From assembly GCA_049583555.1 (NCBI GenBank), contig JBAUWA010000095.1, forward strand, positions 6,533 through 70,532: 64,000 nt of DNA, read 5' to 3'. Numbering within the stretch: position 1 is the first letter of the stretch; every line of letters begins with the position of its first letter. The position numbers and the translations under genes were made by a program. This DNA is from Candidatus Dormiibacterota bacterium (GTDB lineage: Bacteria; Chloroflexota; Dormibacteria; Aeolococcales; Bog-877). This document shows, piece by piece, positions 10,538 to 21,797 of the stretch. The notes under the pieces were generated by a model, which saw nothing but the letters and a program-made list of their open reading frames with translations, searched no databases and was not told the origin of the DNA.

Positions 10538-10596
10538 GAGACGCGCTCCTGCTTTACGCGGAACGCCGGGTGCGCCCGGATGGGAGGCAGCACACC

Positions 10597-11921
10597 ATGA
10601 AATCTGCAGATGGCCAGGCCAACGGTCATAGGCGTACCGGCGTCGACACCCAGGCGGAACAGCTGAAGCGAGGCTGGGAGAGCAGCCGCTGGCGGGGTAT
10701 CTCTCGGCCGTACAGCGCCGAGGAGGTGGTCAGGCTGCGCGGTTCGATCCGCGTCGAACACACCATCGCGCGACGAGGCGCGGAACGACTTTTTGAACTG
10801 CTCACCAACTCGGGCTACGTCGCCGCTTTAGGAGCCCTGACCGGTCAGCAGGCGGTCCAGATGGTGAAGGCCGGCCTCAAAGCGATCTACCTTTCTGGCT
10901 GGCAGGTCGCCGCTGACGCCAACCTCTCTGGCGAGACATATCCGGACCAGAGCCTCTACCCGGTCAACAGTGCCCCCGCGCTCGCCCGCCGGCTAAACAA
11001 CGCCATGCTCCGAGCTGACCAGATCGCCTGGGCTGAAGGGCACCGCGACGGCGAATGGGTGGTTCCGATCGTAGCTGACGCTGAGGCTGGCTTCGGGGGT
11101 CCGCTGCACGCGTTCGAGTTGATGAAGGCGATGATTGAGTCCGGGGTCTCGGGCGTGCACTTCGAGGACCAGCTGGCCTCCGAGAAGAAGTGCGGCCACC
11201 TGGGCGGCAAGGTCCTGGTGCCGACCAGCCAGTTCGAGCGCACTCTGGCCGCGGCCCGGTTGGCCGCCGACGTTCTCGACGTACCCACTCTGCTGGTGGC
11301 CAGGACCGATGCGCTGAGCGCCACCTTGATCACCAGCGACATCGACCCTCGCGACCAGGAGTTCCTGCTCGGAGATCGAACGTCCGAGGGGTTCTTCAGG
11401 GTGAAGCCGGGGATCGAGCCAGTGATTGCCAGGGGGCTGGCCTTCGCTCCCTTGGTGGATGCCCTCTGGTTCGAAACCTCGACTCCCAACATCGACGAGG
11501 CGGCTCAGTTTGCCGAGGCCATCCACAGCCGGTTCCCGGGCAAGATCCTGGCCTACAACTGCTCGCCGTCGTTCAACTGGAAGCTCCACCTAAGCGATGA
11601 AGAGGTGAGTGCATTCCAGTGGCGCCTGGGGGAGCTGGGCTACAAATTCCAATTCGTCACCCTGGCCGGCTTCCACGTCGCCAATAGCTCGATGTTCGAG
11701 TTGGCCAAGGGCTACGCCGAAGAGGGGATGAGCGCCTACGTCAGGCTGCAGCAGCGAGAGTTCGAGCTGGAGCAGAAAGGGTACACCTCGACCCGTCATC
11801 AATCGGAGGTTGGGGCCGGCTACTTCGACGCCGTGCTGGAGACGGTGACCGGGGGTGCGAGCGCCACTTTGGCCCTGCAGGGATCCACCGAGGAGGCTCA
11901 GTTCGAATCGACCCCGCGGGC

Positions 11922-11925
<4 letters not shown>
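10597..11925 (+). CDS. aceA: Isocitrate lyase AceA
   Basis: ICL signature [16 protein letters not shown] at 10597 has a GGGAGG SD 8 nt upstream. The ORF track gives an upstream alternative start at 10570. 442 aa. Confidence 0.95.
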
Positions 11926-13478
<1,553 letters not shown>

Positions 13479-13658
13479 TTGCGAGCTCTCGCCTCACGGA
13501 GCTGTCACAAACTCTCAATACCCTGTCAGAGAGCTTGTTCGCCGCGTACGCCTCTGCTATGTTCGATCTCAGTTTGGTAACGCGACTACGGCTGAGGGTG
13601 GAGATGCCGCCCGGCGCCGGGTCATTTTCGAGACACTCGAGCACGGAGGCGCCACACC

Positions 13659-14381
13659 ATGCCTGATCAGGCCCAGATGAAGACCCTAGGGCTGACGCCG
13701 GAGCGCTACGGCGAGCCTGAGGGCGGTGGCTGTGATCAGGCTGATTGCCACAACCAGGAAGCCTTTCGCTGTCTTTACCGGGACCGGCGCGCGGTCGACT
13801 GCTCCTGGGCGGCGTGCAAGGAGCACCTGAAGATGGTCGCTGGCAGGGCCTACTGCTTCCGCCACGCCAGCATTGTCGAGGTCCTGGCGATGGCTCTGGA
13901 CCAGGGCACTCAGGTGCTACCCCCCGACCTCGACAACCGCTGCGCCTCTCTGGTGATGTGGGTCTCTCGAGACCTCGACGAGCCGGTGATCGAGCGGCTG
14001 GTGCGCTGGGGCGACGCCGACATGAGCATCATCAACGACCCAGTGGTCCGCTACACCCGGCCGGAGCAGGCGCGGATGCAGCCGGGTCACTGGGAGCGGG
14101 TCTGGGCGCTGGCGAACCGCACCGGGATCCTGCTGCGGGTGGGGCTGCGGGTGGAGGACAACCGTCCCGAGACTGTCATCCTCACCGGCGGCACCACCCA
14201 CCTGGTTTCCATGATCCCACCCTGGATCCAGCGTCACCTCACAGGTGAGCCCAACACGAGCCCTCAAGCCGACCTGGTCGAAAGGCTGGCGTTCCGGCAG
14301 GAGCTCCTGCGGGCCCTCGACGCCTACGTCGAGAAGTACGGGGTCAACTTCCCCAACCTGGTGATCCCACTTCGGGTCTGA
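13659..14381 (+). CDS. Hypothetical protein with Cys/His-rich N-terminus
   Basis: 240-aa ORF with a GGAGG SD 11 nt upstream. The N-terminal 70 aa contain 7 Cys plus His residues (C-x4-CH, C-x10-C-x3-C, C-x2-H), suggesting metal binding. I recognise no known domain. Codon usage matches neighbouring genes. Confidence 0.5.
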   Translation: MPDQAQMKTLGLTPERYGEPEGGGCDQADCHNQEAFRCLYRDRRAVDCSWAACKEHLKMVAGRAYCFRHASIVEVLAMALDQGTQVLPPDLDNRCASLVMWVSRDLDEPVIERLVRWGDADMSIINDPVVRYTRPEQARMQPGHWERVWALANRTGILLRVGLRVEDNRPETVILTGGTTHLVSMIPPWIQRHLTGEPNTSPQADLVERLAFRQELLRALDAYVEKYGVNFPNLVIPLRV

Positions 14382-14417
14382 GACCGGCCCACCTCGGCCA
14401 GTCTCATAATCGTCGCT

Positions 14418-16445
14418 ATGGCGTACGAGGCGATTGTCCCCGCCCCTGTTGGCACATCATCGGTCGCTGGTGCGCCTACTCGGCATCGCCCTGAGTACCA
14501 AGCCGACTACCTAACTTTCAGTCGCAGCTACACCGTCGATGTCACCTACCGATGCTTCCGCCGCTGCGGCTACTGCGAGTACCGCAAGGACGAGGGCGGC
14601 CTGATCAGTTTGGCCGAGGTCGACAATCACCTGGAGGAGGCTAGGCAGCTTCGCTGCCGCGAGCTCCTGATCATGGCCGGCGAACAGCCCTGGCGACTGC
14701 CCGACCTCGGACTCCGCGACGAGGATGCCTTCGTCGACCTGGTGGTCGAGATCTGCCGGAGGGCGATGCGGCGAGGGTTGCTGCCCCACACCAATGTGGG
14801 GCTGCTGTCCCGCTCCAGCCTGGTCCGTCTCCAACCCTGGAACGCCTCGATGGGCCTGATGCTGGAGACCGGTACCGATGACATCCGGGCCCATGCCATG
14901 GGTGGGGGCAAGCGCTATCAGGAGCGGCTGGCGCATTTGGAAGCTGCCGGCGAGCTGGGCATACCGTTCACCACCGGGATCCTGGTCGGGATTGGTGAGA
15001 CCGAGTCGGATCGGCGCCATGCCCTGGAATTGATCGCCGCCTGCCACAAGCGGCATCACCACATCCAAGAGGTCATCGTCCAGAACTTCGTGCCGAAGCC
15101 GGGCACTCCGATGGCCAACCATCCGGCTCCCGATCAGGCGACATTCCTGGCCGCGGTCGAGCTGGCGCGAGCGATCCTTCCTAGCGACGTCGCGGTCCAG
15201 GTACCACCGAACCTCAACTTCGACAGCTGGCCAGAGCTAGTCAGGGCCGGGGCCACTGATCTGGGCGGCATCTCCGCAGACGGTGACTCGGTCAGCCCCG
15301 AATACGCCTGGCCCGATGAGGGAGAGCTGGCGGCCAAGGCGAGGACCCTGGGCTACCAACTCCAAGAGCGCCTGCCCGTCTACCAGGAGTCGCTAGCGCA
15401 GTTGCAGCCGGCGGCTGACAGGCTGCGAGAAGAGTTGGTCGGGGACACCGTCACCTACGTGGTAAACCGCAACGTCAACATCAGCAACGTCTGTGTGGGA
15501 ACCTGCAAGTTCTGCGGCTTCCGGCGCGGTTCTATCAATGTCAAGGGCGCCTATTTTCACGACCACGACACCGTCTTCGCCAAGATCGAAGACGCGGTGC
15601 AGCGGGGCGCCACCGAAATTTGCATGCAATCCGGGCTGACTCCGGAGCTAAACCTCAGTTTCTACGACGCGCTGTTTCGAGAGATCAAAGAGCGCTGGCC
15701 CACACTCCACCTGCATGCGCTGTCACCGGAGGAAATTCGCTATATCTCCCAGGAATCACGGCGATCGGTGGAGGACGTCCTCCGCCAGCTGCGCGACGCT
15801 GGATTAGGAACGCTCCCCGGGACCGCTGCGGAAATCCTGGTGGAAGAGGTGCGACGCATCCTCTGTCCTGAGAAGTTGACCAGTGAGGAGTGGGTCGACA
15901 TCGTCAAGACCGCGCATCGAGTCGGCATTCGAACCACATCAACCATCATGTACGGCCACATCGAAACTCCCTGGCACCGACTGAGGCATCTCGAGGTGAT
16001 CCGCAATCTGCAGCGGGAAACCGGCGGAATCAGCGAATTTGTGCTCCTGCCCTTCCAGGTTCAGAACAACACCCTGGGCAAGTATTTCGGTATTCGCGAG
16101 CCGCTGACCCTCGAGGACTCGCTCCGCTTCACCGCGTTCTGCCGCCTCTACTTCGGGAGCGACATTCCCAATATCCAGACCAGCTGGGTAAAACTCGGGC
16201 CTGAGGGCGTGGCCGAGTCGTTGCGCTGGGGAGCCAACGACTTTGGCGGAACCTTGATGGAGGAATCGATCACCCGGATGAGCGGCGCCGACCACGGCCA
16301 GAACCTCGACCGTCAAGAGATCGAGGCCGCCATCCGCAGTGTCGGCCGGACTCCGAGGGAGCGTGACACCCTCTACCGCCCGGTCAAGGTGCGGCCAGGC
16401 GACCTCGGGCTGGTCGGCGTAGCCAGCGCCGCAGCCGGCGGCTGA
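14418..16445 (+). CDS. fbiC: FO synthase, fused CofG/CofH (FbiC), F420 biosynthesis
   Basis: 675-aa ORF with two radical-SAM Cx3Cx2C motifs: CFRRCGYCEY in the N-terminal half and CVGTCKFCGF in the C-terminal half. That is the CofG+CofH arrangement. Confidence 0.9.
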   Translation: MAYEAIVPAPVGTSSVAGAPTRHRPEYQADYLTFSRSYTVDVTYRCFRRCGYCEYRKDEGGLISLAEVDNHLEEARQLRCRELLIMAGEQPWRLPDLGLRDEDAFVDLVVEICRRAMRRGLLPHTNVGLLSRSSLVRLQPWNASMGLMLETGTDDIRAHAMGGGKRYQERLAHLEAAGELGIPFTTGILVGIGETESDRRHALELIAACHKRHHHIQEVIVQNFVPKPGTPMANHPAPDQATFLAAVELARAILPSDVAVQVPPNLNFDSWPELVRAGATDLGGISADGDSVSPEYAWPDEGELAAKARTLGYQLQERLPVYQESLAQLQPAADRLREELVGDTVTYVVNRNVNISNVCVGTCKFCGFRRGSINVKGAYFHDHDTVFAKIEDAVQRGATEICMQSGLTPELNLSFYDALFREIKERWPTLHLHALSPEEIRYISQESRRSVEDVLRQLRDAGLGTLPGTAAEILVEEVRRILCPEKLTSEEWVDIVKTAHRVGIRTTSTIMYGHIETPWHRLRHLEVIRNLQRETGGISEFVLLPFQVQNNTLGKYFGIREPLTLEDSLRFTAFCRLYFGSDIPNIQTSWVKLGPEGVAESLRWGANDFGGTLMEESITRMSGADHGQNLDRQEIEAAIRSVGRTPRERDTLYRPVKVRPGDLGLVGVASAAAGG

Positions 16446-16777
16446 GGCTCTCGCCGACGGCGATCCCGGCCACCAGACAGAGCGCCTCTACGCCCCGCGT
16501 CAGCAGCTCGTTCGACCCTTGAGCCGGAATCAGCAGCAGCGCCAGCGCAACCGGGAAGACGAACCAGCGCCAAGCGAAGCGACTGTTCTTGATCCGGGGG
16601 CCGTAGAGGACACCAAAGCCGGTCGCCAGCAGCACGCAGAGCAGGCCCAACACCAGATAGCCAACCAGGTACTGGGCGAGGGCAGTCTGACGCACGCCCA
16701 CCGTAAAGCGAATCGCCAGCGGGGGCAGGTAGTCGGTGGCGTAGAAGGTGGCCAGAATCCAGGCCATCGAGTGCAGA
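16384..16777 (-). CDS. Small integral membrane protein (hypothetical)
   Basis: The minus-strand ORF 16384..17190 has an N-terminal part that is low-complexity and probably untranslated. From the internal Met (MAWILATFYATDY...) there are 3-4 strongly hydrophobic helices. Its 3' end overlaps the fbiC 3' end by about 60 nt. Confidence 0.35.
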
Positions 16778-16993
16778 CAAAATGTGGAGACCTGGAGGCT
16801 CCGGACCCGCCGCTCCTCTTTGGCGCGGGCCTCAGCCAACGTCAGGGGGACTCGGTGACGTGGGCGCGGACCCGGCTCCGTGGTGCTCACGTCTGCAAGT
16901 GTGCTCTGTGGGACCGGCTTGGGTCCGGCGGCTAGAATCGAAGGCCGGTGAGGCTTTCCCGCGGGCGGTCGCCACGCATCTCCGCAGCATGAG

Positions 16994-18691
16994 TTGAAGC
17001 GCGCGCCGCGGGAGTGGACGCTGCCGCCGCCCGTCGGTGACAGCAATGGTTCTGCCTTCGAGCGCGTGACAAAGGCGAGGGGGACCACGCCCGAGCTGGC
17101 CCTGGCGGCGTCCAAGTCAGTAGGTGAGGAGTTCGACCCTCTGCTGCTGGCGGACATGGACCGGGCAGTCGAGTTGATTCGCGCCGCCATGGCGCGCGAC
17201 GAGTTGATCGCGATCTACGGCGACTACGACGCCGACGGGGTCACCGCCTGCGCGCTCTTGGTCCGGGCCTTCCGCGCGGCGGGACGCGAACCTCTTGCCT
17301 ACATCCCTCAGCGCCAGAGCGAGGGCTACGGCCTCAATCGGGACGCGTTGGTTGAGCTCCGCCGCAAAGGCGTCTCTCTGGTGATCACGGTGGACTGTGG
17401 AACCACGGCGGTGGACGTGGTCCGGGATCGCCCCGAAGGACTGCGGCTCATCATCACAGACCACCACCTCTCCCATGCCGAGCCGGGCGACGGTGGGCCC
17501 GACCTGGCCCCTGCGGATGCGTTGGTGAATCCCCAGCGCCCCGATGACAGGTACCCCTCGAAGGGCCTGGCTGGGGTCGGGGTGGCCTACAAGTTGGTGG
17601 TGGCGATGGAGTTGTCGGGTCTGGTGCCGCCTGGAACGGCCGCGGCCCAATTGCCCCTGGTGGCCCTGGGCACAGTGGCCGACATGATGCCCCTCCAAGA
17701 GGAGAACCGCTGGCTGGTCCGACAGGGGCTGCTCGCCTGGTCCGACCGGGCCCCACGTGGACTGGTTGAGCTGGCGAGGCGAGCGGGGGTCGAAGGCACA
17801 CCCAGCAGCGCCAATTTGAGCTTCGGGCTGGCGCCGCGAATCAATGCCGCGGGCCGGATGGAGGACGCCTACCTGGCCCTGCGTTGCTGCCTGGCGGCTA
17901 ACGAAGAGGAAGCGAAGGAGTCGGCCGCCAAGCTGGAGTTACTCAACCAGAGCCGGCGTTCGGCTCTGGTGCTGGCGCTGACCAGGGCTCGCGCAGCAGT
18001 CGCTCAAATGGCCGAAGATCTGCCGGCGATCGTATTTGGATCTGCCGAGATCATCCCCGGGGTGGTCGGGTTGGTCGCAGGACGCTTGGCTGACGAGTAC
18101 AGTCGGCCGGCCTTCGTTTACAGCCAAACCGGCCAGGAGTGGCGGGGCTCTGCGCGCGGGGTGACCGGCCTCAATGTGGTGGAGACGCTCCGCCGCTGCA
18201 GCGATCATCTCCTGGCCTACGGGGGCCACCTCTCTGCCGGAGGCTTCAGCCTGCCCGCGGATCAAGCGGCGGCCGATGCCTTCGCGGAGGCGATGATGGC
18301 GGCGGTTAAGGCCCAGCTAGGAGATCGGGAGCCGTGCCGCACTTTCAATATTGACGCCGAGGTCAACCTAGGAGAGTGCGGCCTGCAGTTGGCCGAGGAA
18401 CTCTGCTTGCTCCAGCCCTGCGGTACGGGCAATCCAGCGGTCCTCCTCTGCGCCAGTGGTTGCACCGTGGTCCGGACCGAAGCCTTGGGGAAGTCCGGCG
18501 GTCACCTCAAGGTCATCCTCAAGGACGCGACTGGTAGTGCCCAGTCGATCAGCTTCAACCGACCGCACCTCCGAGTTCACCTCCCGTCCGGACGCAAGGT
18601 CGACGCCCTCTTCGAGCTGGAGGTCGATTGCTGGGGAGGACGGCGGAAGCCGCGGCTGATGCTCCGGGATCTGCGACCGGCCCGGCACTGA
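16994..18691 (+). CDS. recJ: Single-stranded-DNA-specific exonuclease RecJ
   Basis: DHH motifs (IYGDYDADGVTA, ITDHH) and a DHHA1 C-terminal domain. 565 aa. Begins with a TTG start per the ORF track. A possible TAGAAT -10 element lies about 55 nt upstream. Confidence 0.9.
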   Translation: MKRAPREWTLPPPVGDSNGSAFERVTKARGTTPELALAASKSVGEEFDPLLLADMDRAVELIRAAMARDELIAIYGDYDADGVTACALLVRAFRAAGREPLAYIPQRQSEGYGLNRDALVELRRKGVSLVITVDCGTTAVDVVRDRPEGLRLIITDHHLSHAEPGDGGPDLAPADALVNPQRPDDRYPSKGLAGVGVAYKLVVAMELSGLVPPGTAAAQLPLVALGTVADMMPLQEENRWLVRQGLLAWSDRAPRGLVELARRAGVEGTPSSANLSFGLAPRINAAGRMEDAYLALRCCLAANEEEAKESAAKLELLNQSRRSALVLALTRARAAVAQMAEDLPAIVFGSAEIIPGVVGLVAGRLADEYSRPAFVYSQTGQEWRGSARGVTGLNVVETLRRCSDHLLAYGGHLSAGGFSLPADQAAADAFAEAMMAAVKAQLGDREPCRTFNIDAEVNLGECGLQLAEELCLLQPCGTGNPAVLLCASGCTVVRTEALGKSGGHLKVILKDATGSAQSISFNRPHLRVHLPSGRKVDALFELEVDCWGGRRKPRLMLRDLRPARH

Positions 18692-18785
18692 CCGCCTCTG
18701 GCGATCGCTGCGGCCGCCGCTGTGATCTATTGTTGGAACCGGTCGCGCGACAGACTCGACGGAGTCCAGAGTAGGAGGGAGCCAG

Positions 18786-19472
18786 ATGGCCGGTCGCATG
18801 GTCGAGTTCCCCAGTAACGGCACCACCGCAAGCGGGTACCTCAGCGCACCGAAGTCGGGGGCTGGTCCCGGACTGGTTGTGATTCAGGAGTGGTGGGGGC
18901 TCAACGATCAGATCAAACGCACCGCCGATCGGTTCGCTGGCGAGGGGTTCACCGCGCTGGTTCCCGACCTTTACCACGGACGGGTGATCGGGTTCCACGA
19001 GCCCGATGAGGCGGGCAAGGCCATGATGGCGATGGACGAGGCCAGGGCGGCCAAGGAACTGCGGGGAGCAGTGGAATACCTGTTGAGCTCCGGGGAGGCG
19101 AAGGGTGAGTTCGTGGGGGCGGTGGGCTACTGCATGGGCGGAGCACTGGCCCTGTCCCTGGCCGCGACTCACGACAGGGTGAAAGCCGCGGTTAGCTTCT
19201 ACGGTGTCCCGGGCCCCGACACCGACTTCAAAAGGATCGCCGGGTCGGTGCTGGGCCACTTCGGAGACCACGATGACTTTGCCTCACCCGAGGCGGTAGC
19301 CAAGTTGGACGAAGCACTCCAGGCGGCCCAGGTTCCTCACAGCTTTTATACGTACCGTGGAGGCCACCATGCCTTTGCCAACGAGGATCGGCCTGAGGTT
19401 TACCACCCCCAAGCTGATGCCCTTTCTTGGCAGCGAACCCTCGAATTCCTTCGCCAAAATCTGACGGGGTGA
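18786..19472 (+). CDS. Dienelactone hydrolase family protein
   Basis: 228 aa. DLH fold motifs (DLYHGRV, GYCMGGALAL with the nucleophile Cys, catalytic His near the C-terminus). GGAGGGAG SD upstream. Confidence 0.8.
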   Translation: MAGRMVEFPSNGTTASGYLSAPKSGAGPGLVVIQEWWGLNDQIKRTADRFAGEGFTALVPDLYHGRVIGFHEPDEAGKAMMAMDEARAAKELRGAVEYLLSSGEAKGEFVGAVGYCMGGALALSLAATHDRVKAAVSFYGVPGPDTDFKRIAGSVLGHFGDHDDFASPEAVAKLDEALQAAQVPHSFYTYRGGHHAFANEDRPEVYHPQADALSWQRTLEFLRQNLTG

Positions 19473-19528
19473 CCGCGACGCTCGCGCCAGTCTCCGGCCC
19501 AATCGCAGATCGGCGCGGCGGCGCATAG

Positions 19529-21082
19529 ATGGTGGGCTCCCGAGGACCGAACGGCGCACTCCTGGGGGCGTGCGCCGGGGGTCTGATCGTGGCGGCCTCG
19601 CTCCTGCTCCGGGTAATCACCGGCTTGCCCTCGCTGAGCGAGATTCTCGGGAACGGCCTGGCCCTGCTGCTGCCCGGCAACATCTTCGGCACCTTGATCG
19701 ACACCCTCCAGGAGAGGGGGAGGCCTCTGCTGCTGCTGGGGGCCTCGGTGCTGATCGTGTTCGTGGGCGCGGTAATAGGGAGGTGGTTGGCACGCTGGAG
19801 CTGGGCCTCGGTAGCCCCCTATCCGGCCGCTCCCGCTACCCGGAGAGGCAAAGCGCTGCTGCGCTGGCTGGTGCCCGCGATCGGCCTTTGGATCCTCACC
19901 CTGCCACTGGTCGTGATCGGGGAGGGCTCAATCTCTGTCTCGGCCACCTGGCTCGCGCTCCTGGATTGGCTGGTTCTGTCCGGTCTCATCGAAGTACTCC
20001 TGACCATGCCCGAAGCGGGAGGCAGCCAGCCCGGGGCCGTGCGACAAACCCAGGAGGGGGCCCATACGCGGCGCACCTTCCTGGCGGGAGCGGGGGCCGT
20101 GTTCGGCGCCATCACCCTGGGATACCTCGGGGTGAACGTTCTGCGCGCCGCCTCCCCACCGGTGCCGCGGCTCAACCTGGGTCGGCCGACGGGGGGACCC
20201 GGGGACAGGTTGCCAGAGGGCATCACCCCCACGCCCGACTTCTACGTGGTCTCCAAGGACCTATTCGGACCGCCAGCGGTGGATGCCGCGACCTGGCAGC
20301 TCCGGGTGGACGGCCTAAACCCCTATTCGCTGAGCTATCAGGAGTTGCTGTCTGAACCGCACCTGAATCAGACCCAGACCCTGGAGTGCATCTCCAATCC
20401 GGTCGCAGGAACCCTGATCAGCACCGGGGTCTGGCGGGGAGTGCAGCTGAGCCGCTTACTGGAGCGCGCGGGGGTGCCCTCTTCAACCGTGCAGATAGTC
20501 TTCGGCTGCGCCGACGGCTATACCGAGAGTCTGCCTCTGGCGCAGGCTATGGCCCCCACCACCCTAGTGGCCGACCACCTGAACGGCCGGCCGCTCAATG
20601 CGGAGCACGGATACCCGGCACGGATTCTGGTGGTCGACCACTACGGCATGAAGAACCCCAAGTGGCTGACCAGTGTCGGTCCCTCCGCCCATCCCTACTT
20701 CGGCTACTGGGAGCAGCAGGGGTGGAATGCCGGCGCCTACCCCAAGACCTTTTCCAGGTTCGACTTTCCCGCGGGGAACAGCTCGCTCAGTGCTGGCCGC
20801 AGCTACCTTCTGACCGGGGTCGCCTGGGCGGGGACCAGGGGGATCTCAGCAGTGGAGCTCAGCTTCGACGGGAGCCGAAACTGGACCAAAGCCAAGCTGA
20901 TCCCGCCGCTATCGCCTTACACCTGGACTCTGTGGAGCTACCCTTGGACTCCCCCGGAGGGTTTCTACACTGTCAGGCTGCGCGCCCGCGATGGCCTCGG
21001 TCACTACCAGCCCGCCAACCAGACCTCGAGTTACCCCAGCGGCGCCAGTGCCTACCAGGAGCTGACGCTGCTAATCCGCTAA
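19529..21082 (+). CDS. Sulfite-oxidase-family molybdopterin oxidoreductase with N-terminal 4-TM domain
   Basis: The C-terminal 350 aa carry the SUOX-fold Moco domain (TLECISNPVAG with the Mo-ligand Cys) and the Ig-like dimerisation domain. They are preceded by a Tat-like motif (HTRRTFLAGAGAVFG) at about residue 185. The N-terminal 170 aa form four hydrophobic helices with no His residues. Confidence 0.8.
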   Translation: MVGSRGPNGALLGACAGGLIVAASLLLRVITGLPSLSEILGNGLALLLPGNIFGTLIDTLQERGRPLLLLGASVLIVFVGAVIGRWLARWSWASVAPYPAAPATRRGKALLRWLVPAIGLWILTLPLVVIGEGSISVSATWLALLDWLVLSGLIEVLLTMPEAGGSQPGAVRQTQEGAHTRRTFLAGAGAVFGAITLGYLGVNVLRAASPPVPRLNLGRPTGGPGDRLPEGITPTPDFYVVSKDLFGPPAVDAATWQLRVDGLNPYSLSYQELLSEPHLNQTQTLECISNPVAGTLISTGVWRGVQLSRLLERAGVPSSTVQIVFGCADGYTESLPLAQAMAPTTLVADHLNGRPLNAEHGYPARILVVDHYGMKNPKWLTSVGPSAHPYFGYWEQQGWNAGAYPKTFSRFDFPAGNSSLSAGRSYLLTGVAWAGTRGISAVELSFDGSRNWTKAKLIPPLSPYTWTLWSYPWTPPEGFYTVRLRARDGLGHYQPANQTSSYPSGASAYQELTLLIR

Positions 21083-21098
21083 GCGATCCCTACCTGGC

Positions 21099-21797
21099 TC
21101 AGTGCCGCGGTGCCTGTCGATCCCCGAACAGGAGTGTCCCGATCCTCACCTCGGTGCTGCCCTCGGCGATCGCCGCCTGAAAATCCCCAGTCATCCCCAT
21201 GCTCAGGGTGGACAGGGCAAGTCCAGACAGCTCTCTCATCCCCTCCGCCAGCTTGCGGCAGGCTGAGAAGGTCGCGCGTGGAGTGTGGGGCGCTGCCACC
21301 GTCATCAACCCGTCCACCGCGATCCCAGCCAGCTCCACCAGCTGTGGCATAGCCTCCTGCAGTTGAGCCGGCTGGAAGCCGGTCCGATTCGGCAAACCGG
21401 TGAGCTCTACCTCGCAAAGCACTGGGAGCGGCGGCTGCCCTGACCTCGCCGCTGAGAGCTTGCGGGCCAGCTCCAAGCTGTCGACGCTTGCCACCGACTG
21501 GAAGAGCTGGGCGGCGCGGGCTACCTTGTTGCGCTGCAGGTGGCCCAGGAGATGCCAGCTGACCGCGGGTGCGCCGGTGGCTCTCAGGAAGCGGTCCTTC
21601 TCTTGACATTCCTGCACGTAGTTCTCGCCTAGGCGGGTAAGCCCGACCATGGTCGCCAGCTCGGCTGTCTCCGCCGGGTGGCCCTTGGTCACCGGCAAGA
21701 GATGGACACTTCCGGCTGGTCTGCCAGACTTGTCCTCGGCCTCGCGGATCTCCTTCCAAACCTGCTCCAGGCGCTGGCGCAGGATCGCCTCGGTCAG
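21099..21797 (-). CDS. yggS: PLP-binding protein YggS (PLPBP/COG0325)
   Basis: HLLGHLQRNK and the FGENYVQE-like motifs are present. The conserved N-terminal 33 aa (…LTEAILRQRLEQVWKEIREAEDKSGRPAGSVHLLPVTK with the PLP-Lys) lie in-frame upstream of the first canonical start, TTG at 21698. The likely start is a CTG at 21797-21795 that overlaps the nrdR stop (CTGA). Confidence 0.8.
   Translation of the reverse strand: MTEAILRQRLEQVWKEIREAEDKSGRPAGSVHLLPVTKGHPAETAELATMVGLTRLGENYVQECQEKDRFLRATGAPAVSWHLLGHLQRNKVARAAQLFQSVASVDSLELARKLSAARSGQPPLPVLCEVELTGLPNRTGFQPAQLQEAMPQLVELAGIAVDGLMTVAAPHTPRATFSACRKLAEGMRELSGLALSTLSMGMTGDFQAAIAEGSTEVRIGTLLFGDRQAPRH

Noticed and set aside
13600-13640. Possible intrinsic terminator after aceB (palindrome CCCGGCGCCGGG followed by TCATTTT).
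   Set aside because: The stem is at most 4-5 bp with a 2-4-nt loop. The T-run is only 4 and sits 20 nt before the next gene's start inside its SD region. More likely part of the 5' UTR.
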